Of a DNA stretch of 64,000 bases, positions 20,253 to 32,500 are shown piece after piece (positions within the stretch are counted from its first letter, which is position 1; each line of letters begins with the position of its first letter). The notes under the pieces were generated by a model, which saw only the letters and a list, made by a program, of their open reading frames with translations, ran no database searches and was not told the origin of the DNA. The DNA lies in the NCBI GenBank assembly GCA_031426555.1, contig JANPLN010000057.1:1-64000 (forward strand), read 5' to 3'. A program made the position numbers and the translations under genes. This DNA is from Bdellovibrionales bacterium (GTDB lineage: Bacteria; Bdellovibrionota; Bdellovibrionia; Bdellovibrionales; JAGQZY01).

Positions 20253-22634
20253 GTGATAATGATGTTAAAAAAAATAATTTTCTTTTTTCTCTTTTTCATT
20301 CTTCCGACGAGTTCCAGTTTTTCGTGGCAGTCCAATATTGCCTTTAAGCGCGTGGTGGCACCTTATGGTCTTTCGTATTCGACCGCGAACCCAAGTTACA
20401 CTAAATGGACGCCGATCACGAATAACACGGCTACCGTGCGGGGAACCTCACCGGTTACATTTAGCATTTCACCGGCACTCCCATCGGGCTTAAGCTTTAG
20501 TACAACGACTGGTCTGATTAGTGGAACGCCCACGATTAAAGATATTGCGGGCACGACTTATACTATCACCGCCACCAATGGCGCTGGATCTGTGCAGGTG
20601 GCGATGAACTTGGCGGTGGTTCTGTCGCCATACACATGGATGGGAACCACTTCTACAAATTGGCACACGGGTACTAATTGGCTTGGAGGCGCCGCTCCTT
20701 CAACAAATGCTCACAATGCTTTTTTCGACGACGAATGTGGCGCTAACGACGACGCTGTTATCAGTGCCGCCGTGACTGCACGGTCGATTCAACTTAAGTC
20801 TAACTTCAACGGAACAGTCACGCAGTCTCTAGGAGCTGGCAATACTTTGAGTGTAGGAACAAATCTTGATTCTACGCGCGGAGGTATTTCTGTGGATTCG
20901 GGAGCGTTTATCGGAGGGAACGCAAACATTCGGGCTGATTTTGTGGAGGCGAACGGAGGAAGCTTTACTGCAACCTCAGCAGAGCTCCGCGTGGGACACG
21001 TCTCGGGAACCCAACGGGCCGTCCAATTGCTGGCGGCGGGAGTTTTTAATCATAACAACGGACATCTGTATTTGGATAGCGGCGGAGACAATTCCTGCAA
21101 TCGATTTTTTTTAGATAAGGTTCTACCACTTTATAATTTTAGTTTTGATTGCGAAGATACAAATTCTGATAATGCCTGGAATGGTGCCGTTTCTGAATTT
21201 CAAGGGAGTGTTCCCACCATCACTGTGCAAAATGATTTAAACTTTTTAGATGGTGCAATCCGACTTGGAACGATTGAGTATGCCGGGACTGATGTTTCGT
21301 TCGCTTGTGATAGCCCAGTCACTCGCCGTTATTGTGCGGGTGAGAGACGATCAATAGACTCGAGTGGCACTAATTGGACCGTGCTAAGACTGCAAGGCGC
21401 CACGGCACAAACTTACACTTACCAGGATGGAGCCGGGATCGGCTTTTTGCTCACCATTAATAACGCGTCTGGTGTGACGCCTGCAAGTAGCCCCGGAAAA
21501 CTGTATTTAACAGCTCTAGATATTACTACGGGTGCTTTTACCGCACCTGCTGCAGAATTGGCTGTGGCAGAGAACATGGACACAAGCTTCGAATCACCAA
21601 CTGTCACTTTTAGGATATCTGCCGCAGGAAGTTTTATTCACAATAGCGGTACGGTGGCTTTTCGAGGAGACTCTGGATTCAATGTCGGAGATTTTGCAAG
21701 AATTGCGCCTGCGGCTTCGACTCTGACGTTTAATAATTTTATTCTTAATCATTCGAGGTCTAAACCATACCATTATGGAAAAACTCTCAACATTTCCTCG
21801 GGCAAAACCATAAATATACTGGGCGATTTGAGAGTAGCAGATGGGCGTATTGCGTCGGGTGGTGGTACAACTCTTGTGATTAAAGGAAACTATTACCGGG
21901 ACTGCACTGACTACGAGAGCACTGACCACCCATGCGCCGATGTGGACCGGGGTGTAAACAAGACTTTTGATAACCCGGGCAGTCAGCTTTTCTATGCAAG
22001 CAACATAGACCCGGACTGCCAGGATTGTACTATGACGATAAATCCAGGTGCGGGAAACACCGTAACATTAAGCGGAAGAGCCGACTGGAACTGGAACGGT
22101 GTCGGTACGCCAAATGGAAACCTTACTGTGACCTCTGGTACCTTTCACATAGCAAGTGGTGCGAGTATGATTTTACGGAATAATCTTGTAATTAATGGCG
22201 CTATTACGTGCGCAGCAGGCGAGTATATCCAGTATGGTGGGACTCTTACAGGAACTCCAGGTGCCGGTAACGATACGAATTGCTATCGGAACACTCCCAC
22301 AGATGCCACTCACAGTGCAGTAGATTGGACTGACTTTTCGGGATTCTCTGGAAAACAAACATTCGCTGGCATTAAAAACGCGATCCTAGTTCGCATTTCA
22401 GTGGCCAATGTTGTAGGCGCACCAAACTTTCGCTATCGGGTCAATAAAGATACGGCTAACGGGAATCAAATCAACTCTATAGTGCCCGGATCGCCAGTCA
22501 GTATTTGGATGGCAAACAATCAACAGTTGGAATTCCAAGTTTGGGGCACGAGTGCAGATTCGGGCTTGTTTACAGTAGAGAACGCCTCCAACGCTAACGC
22601 ACTTATCGACTCTACGACAGGGACCGTTCCCTGA
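20253..22634 (+). CDS. Secreted putative-Ig-domain + beta-helix protein; putative fibre tip partner
   Basis: Signal peptide, ISPALPSGLSFSTTTGLISGTP (putative Ig motif), TWMG....WHTGTNW, HNNG/HNSG repeats with Cys loops. The start may be ATG 20259 or 20262. Confidence 0.7.
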   Translation: MIMMLKKIIFFFLFFILPTSSSFSWQSNIAFKRVVAPYGLSYSTANPSYTKWTPITNNTATVRGTSPVTFSISPALPSGLSFSTTTGLISGTPTIKDIAGTTYTITATNGAGSVQVAMNLAVVLSPYTWMGTTSTNWHTGTNWLGGAAPSTNAHNAFFDDECGANDDAVISAAVTARSIQLKSNFNGTVTQSLGAGNTLSVGTNLDSTRGGISVDSGAFIGGNANIRADFVEANGGSFTATSAELRVGHVSGTQRAVQLLAAGVFNHNNGHLYLDSGGDNSCNRFFLDKVLPLYNFSFDCEDTNSDNAWNGAVSEFQGSVPTITVQNDLNFLDGAIRLGTIEYAGTDVSFACDSPVTRRYCAGERRSIDSSGTNWTVLRLQGATAQTYTYQDGAGIGFLLTINNASGVTPASSPGKLYLTALDITTGAFTAPAAELAVAENMDTSFESPTVTFRISAAGSFIHNSGTVAFRGDSGFNVGDFARIAPAASTLTFNNFILNHSRSKPYHYGKTLNISSGKTINILGDLRVADGRIASGGGTTLVIKGNYYRDCTDYESTDHPCADVDRGVNKTFDNPGSQLFYASNIDPDCQDCTMTINPGAGNTVTLSGRADWNWNGVGTPNGNLTVTSGTFHIASGASMILRNNLVINGAITCAAGEYIQYGGTLTGTPGAGNDTNCYRNTPTDATHSAVDWTDFSGFSGKQTFAGIKNAILVRISVANVVGAPNFRYRVNKDTANGNQINSIVPGSPVSIWMANNQQLEFQVWGTSADSGLFTVENASNANALIDSTTGTVP

Positions 22635-22636
22635 AG

Positions 22637-24280
22637 TTAATTTCTCAAAAGGAGAGGAAGTGGATCCTTAAACGTCGACAACCGGTATTTTGGCAAACCC
22701 TTTTTGAGTGATTGATCAATCGTATAATTACCTACAATGGAAAGGTCACCGCGAGTGACATACCCATAACCACCCAAGTTGCTAAGATTAACGTTCATGG
22801 CTCCCAGGTCGGATCGCCCGTAAACTTGGGACTCAAGGGAGTTATCCTCATAGTCAGCAGCCGACAGCCCCATTGCCTGCAAAATAGTTACGAGCAATCG
22901 GTTGTATAAAACGCCCTGATAATTGTTGGAAAAATTTTCGCTGCCCAAAGTGCTAGTAAACTCGTCCGCACCGTTTGCTGGTTTTGATTTATCACCATAA
23001 TCAATGTACTGCCCTGAATTGATTTTTCCGCCGGCATTTCCAATTAACATCACGGGGTGCGAAAGATAGCCATGAACTTGTCCGTTTTCGTAGCTATTCA
23101 TGATGAGTGAATTGTATAAGAACGATTTCCCATTGGAAGGATCGATGACGCTGGATAAATTTTGAACAAGCGGTGCCAATATATGGCGAATCACACCGTT
23201 TTGTCGTTCGGCCATACGTTGCCACTGGTACTTGCCATTGACTAAGCTAAACGGCTGGTGACTGGTGGTTCCGTGCTCGAAATTTTCGCCATCAAACAGT
23301 CCTCCGATGGGGCCGGTCCCTATGGTAAATACGCGACCCGTGTCGCACAGTATAGCCGCAGTGATCATATCTGCTACAACCTTACCAACCGCCGCACTTT
23401 CGTTGGCACTGGCCACATTGCCCATTTTTACTAAACTTTTGTGTTTACAGCTCGCGGTTGTGCTTTGCAAAAGTCCTTTTTGTACATCGCTCCATTTATC
23501 TACTGCATTATCTAAAACCAGTTTATCATCGGAGCTTATGTTTCGACTGTTTCGAACGCGTTTGTAGTCTTCGAGCACGCGAGAAAGTACATCCATTTTA
23601 GGATGCGGTTTTGCACTTTCTCCAGCTTCCGGAAACGTGCCATTAGAAAAAAGCGCATTATAAATACCAGAAATATAATAACTTGAAGCTGCCTTCGTAG
23701 CCGTATCGGCAGTGGCCGCATAAGACCAACTTTCAATGTGACCTGCGGGCCCCCAAAAATTTATAGGCAAGCCTTTAGGGTTGAAAGATTTATGGTTATT
23801 TAAAAAATGATCAATTGTTGGAATTAGTTTGAGCTTTCCTCGAGTGTCTGAGCTAGATGGAAGACCGCCCAGAACTTGACTGTTGTCATGTCCGTACCGA
23901 AAGATAAAATCTAAGCCTCTTAAAATATTAATGCTTTCCACAAATGGACTCAGTGCCGTCCCCGCAACCATAGAGAGATTTGAACTATTGGTGGGTACGA
24001 AGTCCCGCAAAGCTTGATGATAAATGTTATGGTGACTGCCACCAACCACGTGCACTTGACTTGGTGGAGGAAGGTTATTCATGCTGTGTGAAGACATTCG
24101 CGGAAACCAAGCGCCATTACGTCCGATGTCGTAGTTTGAAAGAATGGAAATGAATCTACGGGGAATTTCGGCTGTTTGGGCCCAAACTGTGCGCGGTAGC
24201 ATGGAAGCTAGGAAGGGAATGGGTAAGGAGGTTCCAACTCCTTGCAAAAACATCCGTCGGCTTTGTTTTGTAAGCTTCAT
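22637..24280 (-). CDS. Tat-exported DUF1552-family protein
   Basis: SRRMFLQGVG..LPIPFL.S Tat signal, PTIDH, AILCD.GRV and MLIGNAGG motifs; adjacent to a DUF1592-type gene. Confidence 0.8.
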   Translation of the reverse strand: MKLTKQSRRMFLQGVGTSLPIPFLASMLPRTVWAQTAEIPRRFISILSNYDIGRNGAWFPRMSSHSMNNLPPPSQVHVVGGSHHNIYHQALRDFVPTNSSNLSMVAGTALSPFVESINILRGLDFIFRYGHDNSQVLGGLPSSSDTRGKLKLIPTIDHFLNNHKSFNPKGLPINFWGPAGHIESWSYAATADTATKAASSYYISGIYNALFSNGTFPEAGESAKPHPKMDVLSRVLEDYKRVRNSRNISSDDKLVLDNAVDKWSDVQKGLLQSTTASCKHKSLVKMGNVASANESAAVGKVVADMITAAILCDTGRVFTIGTGPIGGLFDGENFEHGTTSHQPFSLVNGKYQWQRMAERQNGVIRHILAPLVQNLSSVIDPSNGKSFLYNSLIMNSYENGQVHGYLSHPVMLIGNAGGKINSGQYIDYGDKSKPANGADEFTSTLGSENFSNNYQGVLYNRLLVTILQAMGLSAADYEDNSLESQVYGRSDLGAMNVNLSNLGGYGYVTRGDLSIVGNYTIDQSLKKGLPKYRLSTFKDPLPLLLRN

Positions 24281-24282
24281 AA

Positions 24283-26370
24283 TTACTCCAACTTTCTAAA
24301 TCTGAATTGTCGTATGACCGTAGAACTTTTAAAGAAATCCTGTAAGGAGCTATCTGCATCTAAGCTTTGATACATTCTTTTCATGGCGCAGGAGTTGATA
24401 CTTTGCGGCATTTCTGGCAGCTGGTGCGCATACGCATAATAATTTTTAACTAAACAACTTTTAAAATCTTTAGTTTCTGCAAGGACCTGGCTGAGCTCAA
24501 TTCCGCCGTCGACCTGTCGATTAACACCCATGGCGACCTGTAAATCCACTTTCGCATCTGTGGGTAATTCATTGACAAGATTTCCTGCAGCATTGAAAAC
24601 GGGTTCTATGTCTTGATACATTCCAAAGGAATTATATTTGCTAAAAGCAAAGCCGATGGGATTGATCTGGCTATGGCAGGATATGCACTGCGGTCCTGAC
24701 GTTTTATTGTGAAAAAGCGTTCGTGTGGTCCCTACGCCGTCCAGAGCTGGCGGAATGATTTCCGAGGACAAGTTGGGAGGCGGATCTGCGATTTTTGAGC
24801 AAAGCAGCGAGTTGCGAATATGTATGGAACGATGAATGGGATTCTCTGAGTGTCCCCCCGTAAAAAGCATCGCCGCTCGAGTCAACAACCCCCCGCGTTC
24901 CCCTGCAGGGAAACGAACAGCATTCGTGTCGCTGATATTGTTGGGCGCCGGGGTTGCCTGATTGTAAATCTTCATCAAGTCAGGAGTCCGAGCTAAAGAA
25001 ATATTCGAGGTGAATAGATCCTTTACCGTCTTGTTGCTTTCACGAATGTAATTAACAAGGTCAACCACTTCAGTGATCATTGAAGTACGAAGTTCTTCGT
25101 TGGGATTTATTCCAGTAGTTAAAAGTTTAAATTTGTTGTGACTTTGAAAACTGTAATTTGGAAGTTTATCAAGACGGAGCCATTCTTTAGTGAACTGATT
25201 GATTGATGGCGCCATTTTATCACTTGCATAAGACAATGCCGAAAGAAACGCCGATTCTTCTATTAAATCTTTTGTAGCAGCCAGTTTGAGCAAATTTTCG
25301 TCGGGAAACGAATTGTTGTAAATTAAGGAAAGTCGACGGGCAATGGCATAAGAAGAGAGCCGATAAACTGTCACGGTTCCTCCAGGCAGAATGTCCACGT
25401 AGGGATGAAAGATAAACTGTGGCGACACCAAGGCGCGAAAAATAATGTTTTCCAAGGCTATCTTAGTGGTTCCTGCCTGGCTAAATTCGTTTACAAAGCC
25501 CTCAAGCTCATTGTTGGAATTGAGACTGTTTTCCTCGACGGGGCGGCCATAAATTCGTAAAAGGAGATTCTTAACGAAGGCGTAGCGACAGGCCGGCGAC
25601 AAAGTGTCGAGATTGGTATAAGTGCATGAACCCGGCTCATAGCCCACATATGTGCTTACAGTTTTCGCTATTTGTGCGGAGCTTGTTAACTCCATGGCTA
25701 CCTCTTCTGCGATTTCGAAAAAGACTTTGGAGTGCGATGCGGAAAAATTATTGTCACCAGTCGTGTAGGCTCCGCCGCCATCGTTTGGAATTCTATTCAA
25801 AACGTTCTTGGTATTAAGAAACTGCAGCGTTGAAACGTCGCCCAAAGAGCGAGACATAAAGTTTTTTAGAGAATTGAAATATTGAATTTTTGAAAGTTTA
25901 GTGGCGCTGAGTTTATCGGGTGCTTCGTTTTGGTTGCACAAAAATGGTATATTAGCACCGGAATCGATCATTGTAATCCAGTTGACGAGAGTTAAAAAAT
26001 CTTCGCTTGGAATTGGCCCCTTTGGCGGCATGTTTGATGTTTGCCCATTCCCGTTGTACACACTTGGGGTCGAATTATGCAGTCGATAAATTAACTTCGA
26101 TTCGTTAGGCTTCCCCGGAATAATCAGACCTTTCGAAATGATTTCCAGTTCGCTCATGGCGGCTAGATTTAAAAAACTTGCCGAACCACCGACGCTGTGG
26201 CAAGCATTGCAATTTTTCTCTAGTGTTAGTTTAGCAGCTTCGAAACGAGCGAGGGAGGATTGAGATACGTTATTGCCAGTGATGGCCTTCATGGGTTGGC
26301 CACAGTTTTGATATGACGTAGTGGTGAAAATAAATAGAGCAATCAGCAAAGGTTTTTTGAACTTTAGCAA
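24283..26370 (-). CDS. Cytochrome c-type lipoprotein with DUF1592/DUF1588-like domains
   Basis: SYQNC lipobox, CNACH and CISCH haem motifs, ERGGLLT..A and INPIGFAF. The start is reassigned to TTG 26370 after an AGGGGG RBS, because the ORF-track ATG lies inside the -10 element. Confidence 0.8.
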   Translation of the reverse strand: MLKFKKPLLIALFIFTTTSYQNCGQPMKAITGNNVSQSSLARFEAAKLTLEKNCNACHSVGGSASFLNLAAMSELEIISKGLIIPGKPNESKLIYRLHNSTPSVYNGNGQTSNMPPKGPIPSEDFLTLVNWITMIDSGANIPFLCNQNEAPDKLSATKLSKIQYFNSLKNFMSRSLGDVSTLQFLNTKNVLNRIPNDGGGAYTTGDNNFSASHSKVFFEIAEEVAMELTSSAQIAKTVSTYVGYEPGSCTYTNLDTLSPACRYAFVKNLLLRIYGRPVEENSLNSNNELEGFVNEFSQAGTTKIALENIIFRALVSPQFIFHPYVDILPGGTVTVYRLSSYAIARRLSLIYNNSFPDENLLKLAATKDLIEESAFLSALSYASDKMAPSINQFTKEWLRLDKLPNYSFQSHNKFKLLTTGINPNEELRTSMITEVVDLVNYIRESNKTVKDLFTSNISLARTPDLMKIYNQATPAPNNISDTNAVRFPAGERGGLLTRAAMLFTGGHSENPIHRSIHIRNSLLCSKIADPPPNLSSEIIPPALDGVGTTRTLFHNKTSGPQCISCHSQINPIGFAFSKYNSFGMYQDIEPVFNAAGNLVNELPTDAKVDLQVAMGVNRQVDGGIELSQVLAETKDFKSCLVKNYYAYAHQLPEMPQSINSCAMKRMYQSLDADSSLQDFFKSSTVIRQFRFRKLE

Positions 26371-26417
26371 ATTTGCCCCCCTGTGTACGGATCTAAGTCC
26401 CGTTTTATATACGAATA

Positions 26418-26444
26418 TCATCGGTACTCAAGCATGGAAACTTA
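26418..26444 (-). promoter_or_regulatory. Sigma28-like promoter of the DUF1592/DUF1552 operon
   Basis: Minus strand reads TAAG-N15-ACCGATGA. Confidence 0.6.
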
Positions 26445-26527
26445 ATCTATTCCAAGGAAACGTTTCAGAATGAGACGCAAGACCTTCCTAAGTCTCCGAA
26501 AAGCGTTTCATAATAGTTATTCCGCAT

Positions 26528-26577
26528 AACTTTTCTCCAGAAACTTAAGGTTCTCGTTATAAGGCCGATACGTTAAT
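26528..26577 (+). promoter_or_regulatory. Sigma28-like promoter of fibre 3
   Basis: AACTTTTCTCCAGAAAC, then TTAA(26545)-N15-GCCGATAC(26564). Confidence 0.7.
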
Positions 26578-29500
26578 GTGGTGCTACGTCTGCAATTTTA
26601 CACATTAAAACGTACAACGTACTTACTAGGTTTGCTCCTGACTTTGCCATCTGTTGCAACAGCGCAAACCGAGCCTCCGCAGTTTATGACTGTGGATGGG
26701 CGGCTTTACGATTCCAACACTCCTGAAGATCCGCTTCTCGATAATTCCGTGCTGATGCAAATCCAAGTTTTAAACCCTGCAAAAACTTGTATTTTGTACG
26801 AAGAAGAACAAACGGTAAGTACTCTTAGTTCCAATGGATATTTTAATGTTCGTGTAGGTTCTCCCACCTCAGGCGGCGATTCGCTAAAACGCACCACAAA
26901 CGATAGCGGAAATTCGATGATGGAGGTTTTCCAGAACCAAGCGGCGGTGATTGCCGGCAGAACTTCGGGTGGCGCGGTTTGTAGTTTTACACCGTCAGCT
27001 GGAGACTCACGGCACTTTCGTTTTACGGTCACACCGAGCACCACTGGTGTGACGAGCACGCTTTCCCCAGACATGGCCATCGACTCGGTTCCACAGTCGT
27101 TAGTGGCAGAGACGTTACAGGGCATGACACCAACGGATTTCGTGCAAACGAACACCAATGTGACGCAGGCTAAAGTCAACTCGCTGTTTGGCGCAAGCTA
27201 TGCGGGCCTTACCGGATTACTCGCTGGTAGCAGTTCGCTGTATTTACAAAACACCACAAATGGCACCGTAATTCCAGGTCGCACCACCAATCCGTTAACG
27301 CCGTCGGCAGGACAGATCTGGTACGATAGCGACGATAATGTTCTGCGCTACTACGACGGCACCATTGTTCAGACTTTAAGCTCTGGAAGCTCGGATCCCA
27401 CGAAGCTTCCTTTAGCTGGCGGAACCATGGCCGGCGCCATCGACATGGGCACAAACGACATCACAGACATCGGCCACATGACCCAAGCAGCTCAACGAAC
27501 CTTTCGCTTCGGCGCTTACACCACCGCTCAGCAAGCGACGTTGGTAGCAACTCCGCTTGTCGCGGGTCACGAAGGAACTGTGTGGTACAACACTACCACC
27601 AACAAACTGATGTTCTGGGATGGCACTGCGGAATTTGCCGTGGCTCCGGTGGACAGCGTGTTTGGAAGAACGGGTGCAGTTGTTGCTGCTGCGAGTGATT
27701 ATGATGCCAATCAAATCGACAACACGGCAGCAGGCACTATTGCCGCGACGGACGTGCAAGCGGCCATTAACGAACTTGATTCTGAAAAAGTAGCCAAAGC
27801 CGGCGACACGATGACTGGCCAACTGAACATGGGTCCCAAAGGTGTAGCTGCAGGCGACGGCGGAGCCATTGCGTTTACCGAACTTGCGGCAGGTGGAACA
27901 AACACAGCAAAAGTTCGCGCCCCAGATGCGCTCGGCGCAAATTATGTCCTTACACTTCCAGCAAACGATGGCGACAGCGGACAGTATTTGCAAACGGACG
28001 GTAACGGCGTCCTCTCGTGGGTCACTCCAGCGGGAGTTGGCGAAACCAACACCGCAAGCAATCAAGGTGCTGGTGGCGTGGGCGTGTTTAAACAAAAAAC
28101 TACCTTTGATTTGGAATTCCGCAACATCAATGCCGCAAGCAATAAAGTCAGCGTTGCTCTCGATGCCGGTAATAACGAGATCGACATCAACGTCGCTGAA
28201 GCCAATTTGGATCCGGCTGTGATTCCAAATACAGCTGCCGGCACAATTGCAGCGACGAATGTTCAAGCAGCCATTAACGAACTTGATTCTGAAAAAGTCG
28301 CAAGCACTCGCGCCATTAACACTGCTGCAGGCAGCGGACTCGCTGGCGGCGGAGATCTCTCAGCCGATCGCAGTTTAAGCGTAAACATCACCGGCACAGC
28401 CGCCGAAACAGCAGTTGCCGGTACCGACGAAATCCTGATCTACGATGCAAGCGCCACAGCACTGCGTAAAATGACTCGAACAAATTTCGTGCTCAGCGAA
28501 ACCGAAGTGGACGCCATGGTGTCTAACAACGGCTACCTCAGTGCAGAGGTCGACACATTAGCGACAGTGACAGGTCGTGGTGCAACAACCGCCACAAGTA
28601 TTACTTTAAACACTCAGGCTCAAGCCCGTTTCGCCGATAGCGCAGGCGGTGAGTACGCAGCCATTCAAGCTCCAGCGACGATTGGCTCAAACTACGTTCT
28701 CACGTTACCAGACGCCGCAGGAACTAACGGCCAAGTGCTTTCCACAAACGGTTCAGGAGTTCTCAGTTGGATTGCCATTCCTTCAGCCCCCGTAACATCG
28801 GTGTTTGGTAGATCAGGTGCCGTCGTAGCGGCAGCGAGCGATTACGATGCCAACCAAATCGACAATACACCTGCAGGTTCCATTGCCGCAAATGATGTAC
28901 AAGCTGCGATCAACGAACTCGACAGCGAAAAAGTCGCAAAAGCTGGCGACACGATGACTGGCCAACTGAACATGGGTCCAAAAGGTGTAGCTGCCGGTGA
29001 CGGCGGAGCCATTGCGTTTACCGAACTTGCGGCCGGTGGAACAAACACAGCCACAGTTCGCGCACCCGATGCGCTCGGCGCAAACTATGTGCTGACCCTT
29101 CCATTAAACGATGGCGATAGTGGACAATACTTACAGACTGACGGAAATGGTGTACTGGCATGGGTCACTCCAGCGGGAGTGGGCGAAACCAACACCGCAA
29201 GCAACCAAGGCGCAGGTGGAGTAGGCGTATTTAAACAAAAAACCACATTTGATTTGGAATTCCGAAACATCAACGCCGCAAGCAATAAAATCACCGTGGC
29301 TCTCGATGCCGGTAACAACGAGATCGACATCAACGTTGCTGAAGCCAATTTGAATTTAGGAGCCATTCCGAATACGCCTGCAGGAACGATTGCGGCTACA
29401 AACGCACAAGCAGCGATTAACGAACTCGATAGTGAAAAAGTCGCAAGCGCTCGCGCAATCAATACGGCTGCAGGCAGTGGCTTAAGCGGTGGCGGAGATC

Positions 29501-32500
29501 TTTCAGCCGATCGCAGTTTAAGTGTGAACATCAACGGAATCACAGCGGAAACCACTGCGGCCGCGAACGATGAATTACTAATATACGACACGAGCGCGAC
29601 AGCGCTCAGAAAAATGGCCAGAAGTGATTTTTTAACCGGCTATTTAACTGCCGAAGCAGACACACTTGCCTCTGTAACAGGTCGAGGCGCAACAACCGCC
29701 ACAAGCATCACATTAGCCACACAAGCTCAAGCCCGTTTCGCCGACAGTGCGGGCGGCGAGTACGCAGCCATTCAAGCTCCGGCGACCATTAGCACAAACT
29801 ATGTTCTTACGTTACCAGACACCGCAGGAACGAACGGCCAACTGCTTTCCACAAACGGTTCAGGAGTTCTGAGCTGGATTGCCATTCCTTCAGCCCCGGT
29901 AACATCGGTATTTAGCAGAACGGGTGCGGTGGTAGCGACAGCGAGCGATTACGATGCCAATCAAATCGACAACACGCCCGCAGGTGCTATTGCCGCCAGT
30001 GATGTTCAAGCAGCGATCAACGAACTTGACACAGAAAAAGTCGCGAAAGCCGGCGACACAATGACCGGTGCACTAAATATAGATAACGAACAAGAATTAC
30101 GACTCTCCGAAGCCGATGGCAGCGGTGCAAATTACGTGGCCATCAAAGCGCTTACCACATTGGGTGCGAACTACACGTTAACACTTCCAGCTGACGCCGG
30201 TGCAGTGAACCAAGTGCTTACGACAAATGGCAGCGGAGTTCTCAGTTGGACAACGCCTGCAGCCGTCGGCGAAACCAACACAGCAAGCAACCAAGGGGTT
30301 GGCGGTGTTGGATTTTACGACGCTAAATCTGGCGTGGATTTGCAATTTAGAAATCTAAATGCAGCAAGCAATAAAGTGAGTGTCGCATTGGATGCAGCAA
30401 ACAAAGAAATTGATATCAATGTGAATGAAGCCAATTTTGATCCCGCAGTGATTCCGACCACTGCAGCGGGTACAATTGCTGCAACCAATGTTCAAGCCGC
30501 GATCAACGAACTCGACAGCGAAAAAGTAGCCAAAGCTGGCGACACCATGACTGGCCAACTGAGCATGGGTCCAAAAGGTGTAGCTCCAGGTGACGGCGGA
30601 GCCATTGCGTTTACCGAACTTGCTGCAGGTGGAACAAACACAGCAATCGTTCGCGCACCCGACGCCCTCGGCGCAAACTATTTGCTGACACTTCCAGCAA
30701 ACGACGGCGACAGCGGACAGTATTTGCAAACTGACGGAAACGGTGTACTTTCATGGGTCACTCCTGCTGGAGTGGGCGAAACCAATACGGCGAGCAACCA
30801 AGGTGCGGGTGGCGTTGGAGTATTTAAACAAAAAACCACTTTTGATTTAGAATTCCGAAACATCAATGCAGCCAGCAACAAAATCAGCGTGGCCCTCGAT
30901 GTCGCTAATAACGAAATCGACATCAACCTTGCCGAAGCCAATTTGGATTTGGGTGCAATTCCAAATACACCTGCAGGTACGATTGCCGCGACGACGGCGC
31001 AAGCAGCGATCAACGAACTCGATATAGACAAGGTTGCAAAAACCGGCGATTCTATGAGCGGAGCATTGACATTTGCAGCGCAAAACCAAACGCGCTTTGC
31101 CGATAGCGCAGGCGGCGAGTACGCAGCCATTCAAGCTCCTGCCACCATTGGTACGAATTATGTGCTCACGCTTCCCGACACTGCAGGAAGTGCCAGCCAA
31201 GTTTTGACCACCAACGGCTCCGGGGTGCTGAGTTGGACAACACCATCAACGACTCCGGGTGCGGATAGTTTAGATTTTACCCTTTTTGCAGACGCAATGA
31301 CGTTAGATGCAAGCACGGACATCGCGGCCTCAGGCACCAACGTACTTTCCATTACCAATGGTGGCACGGGAAATTCCTTTGTCGTCAACGATGTGGCCAG
31401 TGATACAAGTCCTTTCGTAATCGATGCCAGCGGAAATGTGGGTATTGGAACCACAGTTCCGGGCACACCTCTTGATGTCGTAGGCGCCATCACTTCGCGC
31501 CCGGGCGGCATAGCCACGGGCCAAACAGGACAGCTCATCCTGCGTGAGCTTGTGGCGAATGGTGTTAATACATTCACTCTCAGAGCACCTGACACTTTAA
31601 CAACAGACCGTGTTTTGACATTCCCGGATTCAAACGGAACGACAGGACAAGTGCTGCAAACAGATGGTGCGGGTGTTCTTTCATGGGCTACACCGTCAGC
31701 GGCAGGAATTACTGCGTTGACGGGAGATGTAACTGCTTCCGGTTCAGGTTCCGTGGTAGCAACAATTGCAAATAATACCGTAACAGATGCGAAATTTCGT
31801 CAAGGAGCAGCGCGGTCTGTGGTAGGAGTGACAGGGAATTCAACGGCGAATGTGGCAGACATTCAAGGTACGGCTAATCAGGTCCTTCGCGTGAACGGTT
31901 CGGGAACGGCACTTGCGTTTGGCGCAATCGACTTATCATCTTCCGCGGCAGTGACCGGCGCCCTTGGCGTAACAAACGGTGGTACAGGTCAAACGACAGC
32001 AAATGCGGCGTTCAATGCTCTTGCTCCCAATCAGGCAGCAAATAACGGTCGATTTTTGACAACGGATGGAACAAATACCAGCTGGGCTGCGCCCGGCACG
32101 AGGCTATCGAATTTGACCTCGGCGATAGCGACTAACACTCTCGCTAATGGCGACTTTGGCCAAATCTGGGATTGGGATGGCCTAACGTCGCAAACAGCGA
32201 TGAGATTAAGAACAAATTCCGCGACAAGTGGGACTCTCTTAAGTTTAACAAACAGTTATAACAACGCGAGTTCGGCTGGAAGGGTGCTTAAAATAGATGT
32301 CACAGGCACTTCCAACGCCGCTGTACCGTTCATGATTACAAACGCCGGAACTGCAAACACGCTTCGCTTGAATGATGACGGTACTGACACTGATGCAACT
32401 CCTTTTGTCGTGGATGCGAATGGAAACGTCGGTATTGGAACAACGGGTCCCGGAACAATCCTCGATGTGGCTGGTGCGATCACATCGCGTCCGTTCGGAA

